This document shows positions 45,449-54,872 of a stretch of 64,000 nucleotides of DNA, piece after piece. Position 1 is the first letter of the stretch. Every line of letters begins with the position of its first letter. The stretch comes from Gammaproteobacteria bacterium. Its GTDB lineage: Bacteria; Pseudomonadota; Gammaproteobacteria; Steroidobacterales; UBA11654. The notes under the pieces were generated by a model. It was not told the DNA's origin. It saw only the letters and a program-made list of their open reading frames with translations, and searched no databases. The stretch lies in assembly GCA_012965065.1 (NCBI GenBank), contig DTSX01000111.1:634-64633 (forward strand). The letters are read 5' to 3'. The position numbers were made by a program, and so were the translations under genes.

Positions 45449-46698
45449 TAAATTATCCCTACCACCAGCCCTGTAAAGCAAGAGGCGAGTGTGGCGGCAA
45501 CCAACGCTTTACCACTGACAGCAATCAAATCATCCTTTCTCTGAGGTACCATGGTGCCCATTCCACTTAGCAGAATACCCACACTGGACAAGTTGGCAAA
45601 ACCACACAGGGCATAGAGCATGATTATTCTACTTCGCTCTGAAAATTCACTGGCATCTATCGCTGCTAAATTTACGTATGCAACAAACTCATTAAGAATG
45701 GTTTTCACACCTAATAAGGAACCACCTAATTGTGCTTCTGCCCACGGTATACCCATGCACCAAGCAATCGGAGAGAAAATCCAGCCGGCAATCCTTTCTA
45801 GAGAAAGAGCCTCTCCAGCAACTACTGGCAGTGTTCCAAGACCATAATTTACCAGAGTTACAAGCGATATCAGTACCAATAAGAGTGCTGCGATGCTCAA
45901 AGTTATTTGCAATCCATCTTGGGTCCCCCGCGTCAACGCATCCATTGTGCTTCTGTACAACTGAGATTTCTCAATTGCACTTTGATCTTCTGTCTTTTGA
46001 TCACTAGGCATCATAATATTGGCGTACATGATTGCAGCTGGTACAGAGATGATTGAAGCGGTTAAAAAGTGACCAATAAGTGCGGTTCCGTAAAGGTCAG
46101 CTAGCATGGTGGTATAGACAACCATCACACCTCCTGAAATTGTTGACATTCCAACTGTCATGAGCACAAGCAATTCATGTTTTGTCATTTGTCCGAGATA
46201 CGGTCTGATCAACAATGGCGCCTCCACTTGACCAAAAATTATGTTTGCAGTTGCACTTAAACCGACCGGCCCACCTACGTTAAGCGGTTTTTTGAACAGC
46301 AGAGAAATAAATTTGATAATTATCGGAAGTATTCTCCAGTGCCAGAAAATTGCAGCGATAGCTGACACAACAATAATCAACATTAACCCAGAAAATATAA
46401 ATATATTGGCGCTGGCAGGGTTGGTCACCTCAAAGGGTTTTGGTGTACCATCGGCAAGGTAACCAAAAACAAATCCAGTGCCTTGATCTGTGGCAGCCTT
46501 TAAGGCTAAAACTCCCTGGGATATACTTTCAAAAAAAGCAGTGATGAACGGTACTTTAATAAGCAGAATTGCAAGCACAAACTGGAGCAATATCGCATTG
46601 AACAAATACTTAGGATTGATTTTTTTTGCATTATTGCTAAATACTGCCCCTATCAGCAGTAAAAGTGATGCGCCTATTATAATTTGCAGGTAATACAT
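45445..46698 (-). CDS. nupC: Concentrative nucleoside transporter (CNT/NupC family)
   Basis: 417-aa multi-TM protein with GTGFVFGYL and a C-terminal CGFANLSSVGILLSG block, matching the NupC pattern. Its stop overlaps the tdk stop. Confidence 0.85.
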   Translation of the reverse strand: MYYLQIIIGASLLLLIGAVFSNNAKKINPKYLFNAILLQFVLAILLIKVPFITAFFESISQGVLALKAATDQGTGFVFGYLADGTPKPFEVTNPASANIFIFSGLMLIIVVSAIAAIFWHWRILPIIIKFISLLFKKPLNVGGPVGLSATANIIFGQVEAPLLIRPYLGQMTKHELLVLMTVGMSTISGGVMVVYTTMLADLYGTALIGHFLTASIISVPAAIMYANIMMPSDQKTEDQSAIEKSQLYRSTMDALTRGTQDGLQITLSIAALLLVLISLVTLVNYGLGTLPVVAGEALSLERIAGWIFSPIAWCMGIPWAEAQLGGSLLGVKTILNEFVAYVNLAAIDASEFSERSRIIMLYALCGFANLSSVGILLSGMGTMVPQRKDDLIAVSGKALVAATLASCFTGLVVGIIY

Positions 46699-46710
46699 GT
46701 AGATACCATT

Positions 46711-47640
46711 CTACAAAAGTTTTATTTCATATAAACGTTGTTGAAGAAAATCATCAGACAAAATACTTTCTGTGTAAAGATTGGGGTTTTCTTCATCAAT
46801 ACAGGATGCCAAGGTTTCAATGACCCAATCCGGATTAGGATGTAGGAAAAAAGGTATTGAATATCGGGAAGTATTTTTAATCTCATCAGAATCGGAAGTA
46901 ACTCTGTGAATTGCAGAAGGTAATTGATTGTTTGTGAACCGTTCCAACATATCACCAACGTTGCAGAGGATGGTTTCTTGTCCAGTTTCAGCTGGGATCC
47001 ATTTGTTGTTTTTAAGTATTTCTAAGCCGGGTTTGTGACCACCTATCAGTAGGGTTATTAAATTGATGTCACCGTGAGGCCCAGAGCGATCACCCAATTC
47101 TTTCGCAATTATGGGTGGGTAATGAATGGCACGTAATACACTGTTCCCTTGATCAATAAATCCATCAAAATAATGTGAATCAAGGCTCAAATGGATGCTT
47201 ATTGCTTGCATCAATTGTTTTCCAAATCGATCAAATTCTCGAAACAACCGCTGAATTTTAGTTTTAAATTCTGGCATTTCAGAAACAAAGCAATTATCGA
47301 ACATAAATTGTTTGTACGGATGTTGTTCCGGCAGATCCCTTCCCATTTGCCAAAATTCTTTTAAATCTGCATGTTCACCATCCTTTGGGGTTTCAATTTT
47401 GTAGGGTGTGTAGCCTCTTGCTCCACCAATATCTTTATCAAAATACTTCATTTTTAATGCTGTTGGCTGCCCAAAAAATTCTTTGAAGAGGGCAATTGAA
47501 TCGTCAACTAAATCTTTGGTTATGGGGTGATTGGTAACTCCGCAAAAGCCGATGGATTTAAGACTGTTGCCAAACAAATGAGCAAATTTTTCTGGATCCT
47601 TATCCCAAAGATCGAAGTTGATTTCTCTGATCGAATCCAC
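46711..47640 (-). CDS. 2-oxoglutarate/Fe(II)-dependent oxygenase (IPNS-like family), substrate unknown
   Basis: 309 aa with the facial triad H189-x-D191...H245 (GPHGDIN...SAIHRV) and the 2OG-binding R259-x-S261 (SRYSIPFF). No signal peptide. Ends 12 nt upstream of the transporter gene. Confidence 0.8.
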   Translation of the reverse strand: MDSIREINFDLWDKDPEKFAHLFGNSLKSIGFCGVTNHPITKDLVDDSIALFKEFFGQPTALKMKYFDKDIGGARGYTPYKIETPKDGEHADLKEFWQMGRDLPEQHPYKQFMFDNCFVSEMPEFKTKIQRLFREFDRFGKQLMQAISIHLSLDSHYFDGFIDQGNSVLRAIHYPPIIAKELGDRSGPHGDINLITLLIGGHKPGLEILKNNKWIPAETGQETILCNVGDMLERFTNNQLPSAIHRVTSDSDEIKNTSRYSIPFFLHPNPDWVIETLASCIDEENPNLYTESILSDDFLQQRLYEIKLL

Positions 47641-47676
47641 TATGACTCAGACTGTAGTTTGGTTGGTTATCTGAGA

Positions 47677-47690
47677 GAAAATATTTTCTG
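47677..47690. promoter_or_regulatory. Perfect 14-bp palindrome AGAAAATATTTTCT in a divergent promoter region
   Basis: Self-complementary on inspection. Lies between the oxygenase start (47640) and the cysS start (47768). Confidence 0.25.
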
Positions 47691-47767
47691 TTTTCACTGA
47701 ACGAACCTCAGTATCTTCTTGCAACATTAGGTATTATAACTTTGGAAAGAGGATTTAAACTATTTTA

Positions 47768-49138
47768 ATGAAAATAAAACTATACAATACTTTTTCTGGC
47801 AAAAAGGAAGAATTCAATCCGATTCAACCGAACCGAGTTTCAATGTATATCTGCGGACCGACAGTCTATAGTTCTCCGCACATTGGCAATGCAAGAGGCC
47901 CTGTTATTTTCGATGTCTTGGCCAAACTACTGAGGATGAATTATGAACTAACTTATGTTCGAAACATCACTGATCTTGACGATAAAATTTATCAGGCAGC
48001 CAAGGATGAAGGAACCGATATTAATTCCATTACCAAAAGGTACACGGATATTTACCAAGAAGATATGAAGGCTCTGGGAGTCCACAAGCCTGATGTTGAG
48101 CCTAGAGCAACTGACCATGTCCCTCAAATGATTGAGATGATAAACAAACTGTTGACGACTGGTCACGCCTATGTCAGGGAGGAGCATGTGCTGTTTAGTG
48201 TCGACTCTTTTCCGGACTACGGTCAATTGTCCAACCGGCAACAGGAAGATCTGATCCCAGGTTCTCGTGTGGAGATTGCCACTTACAAAAATAATCCAAA
48301 TGACTTTGTACTTTGGAAGCCTTCAACATCTGATCTTCCAGGATGGGAAAGCCCATGGGGTTTTGGCAGACCTGGATGGCATTTGGAATGCTCTACGATG
48401 GCTAAGAGTTACCTTGGAGAAACCATCGACATACATGGCGGTGGCAGTGACTTAATTTTTCCCCACCATGAAAATGAACTGGCACAGAGCATGTGTAGCC
48501 ATATGGGCAAGAATTTTTGTAATTACTGGGTCCATCATGGACTTGTGGACTTTAAAAAAACAAAAATGTCAAAATCCGAAGGCAATATTTTGTTGATTAG
48601 AGATCTTCTTAGTATTTCTTCTGGTGAGGTCGTTCGACTCGCATTACTCAGTACTAAATACCGCCAGCTGATTAATTGGAGCGAGGACTTGATTTTAGAA
48701 TCTAAGAAAAAACTGGATCGACTCTACAGGGCACTTCAGTCTTGTCCCGATGATAATCTCGAAGGCAAACCATCTGAGAAAGTACTACAAGCACTTTGTG
48801 ATGATCTTAATACCCCTATGGCATTGGCTGAGTTGTTCAAAATAGCCAGAGAGATTAATAGCACTAAAGATAAGGGGAAATTGATTGTTTTAGCGTCAAA
48901 TCTGAAAGCTTCTAGCGAGTTAATGGGATTGTTGCAGTCGACTCCTGACCAATGGTTTAAATCTGCTTCCAATGACTCTTTAGCGCCTGAGGAAATAGAG
49001 GATATGATCAAACAACGAGAATTAGCCAGATCTTCCAAAAATTTTACTGAGGCTGACGAGATCAGAAACAGGTTACTTCGTTCCGGTGTAATTATCGAAG
49101 ATGGATTTGATGGCACACGCTGGAGGTTTTTGGATTAG
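47768..49138 (+). CDS. cysS: Cysteine--tRNA ligase
   Basis: 456 aa with HIGNARG (HIGH), the Zn-site region HLECS and KMSKSEGN. Confidence 0.96.
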   Translation: MKIKLYNTFSGKKEEFNPIQPNRVSMYICGPTVYSSPHIGNARGPVIFDVLAKLLRMNYELTYVRNITDLDDKIYQAAKDEGTDINSITKRYTDIYQEDMKALGVHKPDVEPRATDHVPQMIEMINKLLTTGHAYVREEHVLFSVDSFPDYGQLSNRQQEDLIPGSRVEIATYKNNPNDFVLWKPSTSDLPGWESPWGFGRPGWHLECSTMAKSYLGETIDIHGGGSDLIFPHHENELAQSMCSHMGKNFCNYWVHHGLVDFKKTKMSKSEGNILLIRDLLSISSGEVVRLALLSTKYRQLINWSEDLILESKKKLDRLYRALQSCPDDNLEGKPSEKVLQALCDDLNTPMALAELFKIAREINSTKDKGKLIVLASNLKASSELMGLLQSTPDQWFKSASNDSLAPEEIEDMIKQRELARSSKNFTEADEIRNRLLRSGVIIEDGFDGTRWRFLD

Positions 49139-49147
49139 AATACTCAT

Positions 49148-49606
49148 ATGAATGTATTGCTATTGAAATCGGTTAAAGAAATTGAACTGGAGATATCGCA
49201 AGAATTTGAGATTTTCGACAGTTGGATGGATCGATATGAATATATCATTGACCTTGGAAGGCAATTATCTTCATTCCCAGATGAATGGAAAATTGAGGAG
49301 AATAAAGTTCAGGGTTGCCAATCACAGGTCTGGTTCAAAACCGAGTTAAAGAACAACTTGTTTGTTTGCCAGGCCATCAGTGATTCTGCCATAGTGTCTG
49401 GTTTAATAGCGCTGTTGCTAAGGATTTACAACCAAAAAGATCCCAGTGATATTGTTGCCACAAACCCAACCTTTGTATCCGTGATTGGCTTGGACGAGCA
49501 TCTGAGTCCAACTCGGAATAACGGTTTAAATGTAATGCTGCAAAAAATCAAAAATGATGCCAGAAATATGGTTTTAGATCAACAACTTAAGACAAAATTG
49601 AATTGA
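49148..49606 (+). CDS. sufE: SufE/CsdE-family sulfur acceptor protein
   Basis: 152 aa with the active-site motif [10 protein letters not shown] and the [10 protein letters not shown] block. Confidence 0.8.
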   Translation: MNVLLLKSVKEIELEISQEFEIFDSWMDRYEYIIDLGRQLSSFPDEWKIEENKVQGCQSQVWFKTELKNNLFVCQAISDSAIVSGLIALLLRIYNQKDPSDIVATNPTFVSVIGLDEHLSPTRNNGLNVMLQKIKNDARNMVLDQQLKTKLN

Positions 49607-49872
49607 TTTATACAATTATGCTTACCCCAGAAAAACTAACAAAATTTACCATAAAAGCTTACCAAAGGTTCTTGTCACCTTTTTTCAAACCAACCTGTCG
49701 ATTTCAGCCAACCTGCTCGCAATACGCGATGGAAGCACTGGACCGTTTTGGATTTATCAAAGGTATTTACTTATCACTTTCCAGAATTCTCCGTTGCAAC
49801 CCTTTGTTTGCTTTTGGTCATGATCCTGTTCCTGAACAGTTTCATTTTATCACTCGTCTCAAGAAGTCCTAA
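49603..49872 (+). CDS. yidD: Membrane protein insertion efficiency factor YidD
   Basis: [27 protein letters not shown]...RCNPL matches the YidD signature. The TTG at 49603 overlaps the sufE stop, and the ATG at 49618 is an alternative start. Confidence 0.88.
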   Translation: MIYTIMLTPEKLTKFTIKAYQRFLSPFFKPTCRFQPTCSQYAMEALDRFGFIKGIYLSLSRILRCNPLFAFGHDPVPEQFHFITRLKKS

Positions 49873-49875
49873 ACC

Positions 49876-50133
49876 ATGGATCCGAACCTGCTAAACATCA
49901 TTTGCTGTCCAGTTACCAGAGAAAAATTGAGTACAGCCACGCCTAAACAACTCGCATTAATCAATGCTGAAATTGCCAACAATACACTCACAAAACTGGA
50001 CGGATCAATAGCTGAAAACCCGCAATCTAAGGCACTCATTAATGCTACTAAAACACTGTTGTATCCGATTGAAGAAGACATCCCGATCTTGCTGGAAAAC
50101 GAAGCTATCGAGCTTAAGGGGATAGTTATTTGA
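49876..50133 (+). CDS. Trm112/YcaR-like small protein
   Basis: 85 aa. The N-terminal LLNIICCPV and C-terminal YPIEEDIPILLENEAIEL resemble the UPF0434/Trm112 fold. Longer than E. coli YcaR, with an internal insertion. Confidence 0.6.
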   Translation: MDPNLLNIICCPVTREKLSTATPKQLALINAEIANNTLTKLDGSIAENPQSKALINATKTLLYPIEEDIPILLENEAIELKGIVI

Positions 50134-51143
50134 AACTCTCAAGTAATGAATTGGCAAAGCATCTTGCCAAGGCCATTCATTCAATTTATTTTATCTCTGG
50201 TGTTGAGGATTTATTGATCATTGAGTCCTTAGATCAAATCAGAAAGGCAGCAATTAGCAATGATTTTACCGACAAGGTTGCCTTCACAGTTTCAGGACAG
50301 TTCAACTGGAGTGAGGTTGATAATTGTTTCAAAAACCAGTCTCTATTCGGGGGCAAACAATTCGTAGAAATTCACATTCCCAGTTCCAAGCCAGGTAAAA
50401 AGGGTTCAGAAGCAATCACAAACTTAATTGCCAACCTCCCTGAAGATGCTTTGCTTGTGGTGGTTGCAGGCAAACTTGAAAAGAGTACTAAACAAGCGAA
50501 ATGGGTGAAAGAACTCTTGAAGCATGCAACTGTCATTGACTGCCAAAAAGTTTACCTATCTCAATTTTCAAGCTGGCTACAAAATAGATTGACAGCCTAT
50601 GATTTGGGTATAGATCGTGATGCATTGGAAATGTTCGTGGCACTTACTGAGGGCAACTTAATTGTCGCTAAGCAGTCAATTGAACGTTTGTTGATGATGG
50701 AAGTCACTGGAAGAGTAACCATGGAAGATGTTTCTCAATGCGTGGCTGATGGGGCACACTTTGATTTATTTCAATTGACGGAAGCAGCAATAATGAGGAA
50801 ACCTGAAAGAGTGCACCGTATTTTTGAACGCTTAAAAAGCGAAGGCATGCGACCAGAACAAATGCTAGCCGTGTTGTACTGGGAGATTAAAAACTTGATG
50901 GATGCCTCGTTGGACATTGATAATGGTTTATCGGTCAAACAAGCAATGCAAAAGGCCAACATCTGGCAAAGCAAACAAAAGATTATAGGACCGTATCTTG
51001 CCTCTCAACCTAAGGAAAAAATTGATCAATTAGTCCACCAAGCATGCAAAGTTGACAACGTTATTAAAGGAGTTGATTTGGGTAGTCCTTGGGAAGAGAT
51101 TGGTCTTTTATTGTTTATGTTCTCAGTACCTGAACCTGCTTAA
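50130..51143 (+). CDS. holA: DNA polymerase III subunit delta
   Basis: 337 aa with a TTG start. Length and position (before rsfS-rlmH) and the HolA-like pattern (IYFISG.E..L, LF....FVEI). Confidence 0.8.
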   Translation: MKLSSNELAKHLAKAIHSIYFISGVEDLLIIESLDQIRKAAISNDFTDKVAFTVSGQFNWSEVDNCFKNQSLFGGKQFVEIHIPSSKPGKKGSEAITNLIANLPEDALLVVVAGKLEKSTKQAKWVKELLKHATVIDCQKVYLSQFSSWLQNRLTAYDLGIDRDALEMFVALTEGNLIVAKQSIERLLMMEVTGRVTMEDVSQCVADGAHFDLFQLTEAAIMRKPERVHRIFERLKSEGMRPEQMLAVLYWEIKNLMDASLDIDNGLSVKQAMQKANIWQSKQKIIGPYLASQPKEKIDQLVHQACKVDNVIKGVDLGSPWEEIGLLLFMFSVPEPA

Positions 51144-51149
51144 GGATCG

Positions 51150-51488
51150 ATGCAAAAAGACCTCCTAGAATTAACCTTGACCACACTCGATGGCATGAAA
51201 GCAAAGGCAGTTAATAATATGAATGTTTCTGCATTGACCGACATTAGTGATTATATGATTTTTTCCACCGGTAACTCGTCTAGGCATGTTCGTTCAATTG
51301 CCGATAAAATTGCTGAGAATGTTAAAAAAGAGGGCCATTCAATTTTGGGTATTGAAGGCTATGAAAGATCACAATGGGTACTGATTGATCTCGGAAACAT
51401 CATAGTGCATATCATGTTAGCGGAAACCAGGGAATTCTATAAATTGGAGGACTTATGGAGTCTTGGTCTTAGAGAAGAAGCGCCATAG
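51150..51488 (+). CDS. rsfS: Ribosomal silencing factor RsfS
   Basis: 112 aa with DYMIFSTGNSSRHVRSIADKI and WVLIDLGNIIVHIM (iojap family). Confidence 0.92.
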   Translation: MQKDLLELTLTTLDGMKAKAVNNMNVSALTDISDYMIFSTGNSSRHVRSIADKIAENVKKEGHSILGIEGYERSQWVLIDLGNIIVHIMLAETREFYKLEDLWSLGLREEAP

Positions 51489-51490
51489 AA

Positions 51491-51961
51491 ATGAACATCC
51501 AGATCTATGCGATTGCATCTAAATCGACTGACTGGTTTGAACAGAGTTTCTCAATTTATCAGAAAAGACTGCCAGCCCACATCAATCTTAAGCTGACCAA
51601 AATACCTCTCGCTTACCGCAGTAAGAAGAGCCCGATAGAGACAGCAGTGAAAAAAGAGGGGGAATTATTATTGACCCGTATCAACAGCAAAGATACATTA
51701 ATTGTTTTGGATGAAAGTGGTAAGACACTTTCCACAAAAGATTTTTCAGATTGGATGGATCAATGGTTGCTGCATTCAATCAACCCAATTTTAGCGATTG
51801 GTGGACCCGATGGATTCTCTAACGCTGTGCATCAACGCGCCAATAAACATCTTTCTTTGTCTAAAATGACCCTGCCTCACGCATTGGTTCCCATTATTTT
51901 AGCTGAACAAATATACAGAGCTTGGACCATTCTCAATGGGCAACCTTACCACCGCAGTTAA
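51491..51961 (+). CDS. rlmH: 23S rRNA (pseudouridine1915-N3)-methyltransferase RlmH
   Basis: 156 aa with IGGPDGFS and LSLSKMTLPHALVPIILAEQIYRAWTILNGQPYHR, matching E. coli RlmH. Confidence 0.95.
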   Translation: MNIQIYAIASKSTDWFEQSFSIYQKRLPAHINLKLTKIPLAYRSKKSPIETAVKKEGELLLTRINSKDTLIVLDESGKTLSTKDFSDWMDQWLLHSINPILAIGGPDGFSNAVHQRANKHLSLSKMTLPHALVPIILAEQIYRAWTILNGQPYHRS

Positions 51962-52042
51962 GGAATTATAAATCCATATTTAATTCATGATTCGCAGAGG
52001 AGAAAACCCCATTTTACCTTTAGAATTAGATATTGGATCCTT

Positions 52043-54022
52043 ATGAGACGAGTGTTAAAAATATGTCTAGCTTTTGCTGCGATGCTATTTCTAGCAGTTG
52101 TGGCTTTGAGTACGTTTCTGCCCAGGCAAATACCAAATTTAAAAACTCATATTATCGAGGAAATGAATTCAAGCTATGGCGCTATCATTGATTATCAAAA
52201 CCTTGTCTTTCAATGGCCAACGTTCGATGAATTTTCACTAAGGCCAATTCTAACTTTTGATCGAATTTCAATACGTTTGTCTCAGCAAGAAGGGCCGGGC
52301 CAGATTAACCTTAGGACCGCTGAAATTAAAATCAATCTGATTGGCTCACTGATTGCAAGGTCACCACGCTTCAAATCAATCAAACTTGATGGCAGCCAGA
52401 TCCTAGTTACCCGTTCCCCAGTTGATGGCTTTCTTTTTAACCAGATACCGGTTAAGCAATTGTTAAATTTGAATTCTGAAGGTGTTAAACAAGTGGCACT
52501 GGATTTTAAAAATATAAATCTAGAGCTGCCATTTGGCATAACAACAGCCTTTTTTTCAAATCTCAGCGGACGTATTAAATATAAATACAACATGGCACTG
52601 GTTGAGCTTGAAAATATGGATTATGCAATGACTGGTAGTAATCTTGAGATCAATAATATAAGTGGTTTGATTGAGATAGCGAGAGCCAGATTCAAGGCGA
52701 ACTCCTTGAACGGTCAATTTCTTGGTCAGCCGGCTTCGATTCAAATTGATCCATACAGCAAAGACAGCTATTCACAATTAATTTTGCTTAAAAGTGAATC
52801 AGAATCAATCAAGTTGATTGATGCATTGAACCTTCCTTTAGCAGAATTTTTAACAGGTACTGTGGAATGGGAGGCTGAAATTTATTTATCCAACACACCT
52901 GAAGAAACTCCTACAAAAATCATTTGGGACATAGATCTAGGCAAGGCAATCTCTACGCTTCCTGAAATGGTTCAAAATTTATTAGGGGACAGCACAAAAG
53001 CTAAATTTGATATTACATTATCTGATGCAAAAACAATGACTATAAATGGGTTGTTGGGCGAAGCATTGTCCTCATCTTTTTTACTCAGGAAGAAAAATGG
53101 TAAATGGCAATTTAGCAAAGGGGTGATTCAACAAAGTTTATCGGCATCCATATTGCCCAAATCAGAAATCCTGGAGGTACTTTTGGAAACCACCTTTGGT
53201 CCTTTGAAAATGAATATTATTTCAAAAGAAGGCGGTTTTATTTTGGATAACATAGCAATCAAAAACGATAGTCTTTTGGTAACAGGAACGGTTGAATTGA
53301 TCAAAAAAACAGATCAACTTCACAATTATTCAACAACCGTTGATGCGCAACTAAAAAGTCAAAATACCAAGGCTTTGATGGAAGAATTTGGATTTCAAGG
53401 AATCTTATCCAGTAAAAACTTAACAATTGATTTAGATTTATTTTGGCCTTATATCCCATCTTCTGACGCGGTTTTCTATGCAAATGGCACCGTTAAGGTG
53501 ACCATTAATGATGGGCAAATTACTGCTATAGATCCAATCGCAGGAAAAGTTCTAGGATTACTAAGTATTGCCGAACTGCCAAAGAGATTGGTTCTTGATT
53601 TTAGTGACATTTTTAAAAAAGGGCTTAGCTTCAACCGATTAAGCGGTGAATTTCAATTTAAACAAGGAAGTGCCTACACTTGCAATCTTGCTATGGAAGG
53701 AACATCCGTAGATATTCTGCTTGTGGGTGTCACCGATATGATTGGAGAAACTTATAACCAATTGGCTATCGTTCGACCCCTATTGTCCGATGCCTTACCA
53801 ATGGGTGGAGCGGTGTTTGGAGGGCCTGGGGTAGCAGCAGCTGTATACTTGTTTACAAAACTACTGAGGAAGCCTTTAAAGAATATCGGGGTATCTTACT
53901 ACTCAATTGGTGGCACTTGGGATAATCCAACAATTGAGAAAATACCAGCTCAAGAAATTGATATGACGTTTTTCAATGACTGTCAAAATTACCTTCCTGA
54001 GTCAGTTGATGATCAAGACTAA
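52043..54022 (+). CDS. yhdP: YhdP/AsmA-like envelope protein, roughly half the E. coli YhdP length
   Basis: 659 aa with an N-terminal TM anchor. The C-terminal block (LSIAELPKRLVLDFSDIFKKGLSFNRLSGEF...GGTWDNPTIEKI) resembles the YhdP C-terminus. Lies upstream of the C-N hydrolase and tldD, as in other gammaproteobacteria. Confidence 0.6.
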   Translation: MRRVLKICLAFAAMLFLAVVALSTFLPRQIPNLKTHIIEEMNSSYGAIIDYQNLVFQWPTFDEFSLRPILTFDRISIRLSQQEGPGQINLRTAEIKINLIGSLIARSPRFKSIKLDGSQILVTRSPVDGFLFNQIPVKQLLNLNSEGVKQVALDFKNINLELPFGITTAFFSNLSGRIKYKYNMALVELENMDYAMTGSNLEINNISGLIEIARARFKANSLNGQFLGQPASIQIDPYSKDSYSQLILLKSESESIKLIDALNLPLAEFLTGTVEWEAEIYLSNTPEETPTKIIWDIDLGKAISTLPEMVQNLLGDSTKAKFDITLSDAKTMTINGLLGEALSSSFLLRKKNGKWQFSKGVIQQSLSASILPKSEILEVLLETTFGPLKMNIISKEGGFILDNIAIKNDSLLVTGTVELIKKTDQLHNYSTTVDAQLKSQNTKALMEEFGFQGILSSKNLTIDLDLFWPYIPSSDAVFYANGTVKVTINDGQITAIDPIAGKVLGLLSIAELPKRLVLDFSDIFKKGLSFNRLSGEFQFKQGSAYTCNLAMEGTSVDILLVGVTDMIGETYNQLAIVRPLLSDALPMGGAVFGGPGVAAAVYLFTKLLRKPLKNIGVSYYSIGGTWDNPTIEKIPAQEIDMTFFNDCQNYLPESVDDQD

Positions 54023-54059
54023 CTTAATAATTCATGAGAAATAAATTAACATTGGTGTT

Positions 54060-54872
54060 ATGAAAGTAGCCGCTATTCAAATGAATTCATCAGATTCTGT
54101 TTCCGATAATCTGAATCTCCTTGATTCCTTGCTTGCAGTTGCGTGTCAGCAGGATAACAGCCTTGTCCTACTGCCAGAAAATTTTGCATTCATGGGACAC
54201 CCAAAGCAGTTGGTTCAAGAAGTGATGGAAGATTTCAATGACGGACCGATTCAGTCCTTTGTTGCTGACAAAGCCAAAGAATATGGATTGTGGGTGGTCG
54301 CGGGGTCTATTCCGATAAAGAACCATGACCAGAGCAAGAGTCGTGCTCGCTGTATAATTGTTGATGCAAGTGGAGCCTTGGTTAGTTATTACGACAAGAT
54401 TCATTTATTTGATGTTGTGGTCAACGGCAAAACTTACAATGAATCAAGCTACATTGAACCCGGGAGCACACCAAAAAGTGTGCAAACCCCTTGGTTCAAA
54501 CTTGGACTTTCTATCTGTTACGATGTACGTTTTCCTGAGCTCTACCGCTCGAAAACATACCAAGACTCTGATCTGATTGTTGTACCTGCGGCCTTCACTG
54601 TAGAAACAGGCAAGGCACATTGGCAGACTTTATTGTCTTCCAGAGCGATTGAAAATCTTTGCTACGTTATGGCTTCTGCCCAATGGGGTAAACATTATGG
54701 CAAACGAACAACTTACGGTCATTCAATGATTGTCGATCCATGGGGTGAGATTAAGGATGTTTTACCGACAGGAAATGGGGTGGTTTCAACTGAAATTAAT
54801 TTAGAGTTGATTGCTGAAACCCGAGAAACATTTCCTGCTCTCTCGCATCGAAAAATCGAAACAAATGGCTGA
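54060..54872 (+). CDS. Carbon-nitrogen hydrolase family protein (Nit/omega-amidase-like)
   Basis: 270 aa with the catalytic triad context LLPENF (Glu), KIHLFDV (Lys) and ICYDVRFPE (Cys). Confidence 0.85.
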   Translation: MKVAAIQMNSSDSVSDNLNLLDSLLAVACQQDNSLVLLPENFAFMGHPKQLVQEVMEDFNDGPIQSFVADKAKEYGLWVVAGSIPIKNHDQSKSRARCIIVDASGALVSYYDKIHLFDVVVNGKTYNESSYIEPGSTPKSVQTPWFKLGLSICYDVRFPELYRSKTYQDSDLIVVPAAFTVETGKAHWQTLLSSRAIENLCYVMASAQWGKHYGKRTTYGHSMIVDPWGEIKDVLPTGNGVVSTEINLELIAETRETFPALSHRKIETNG

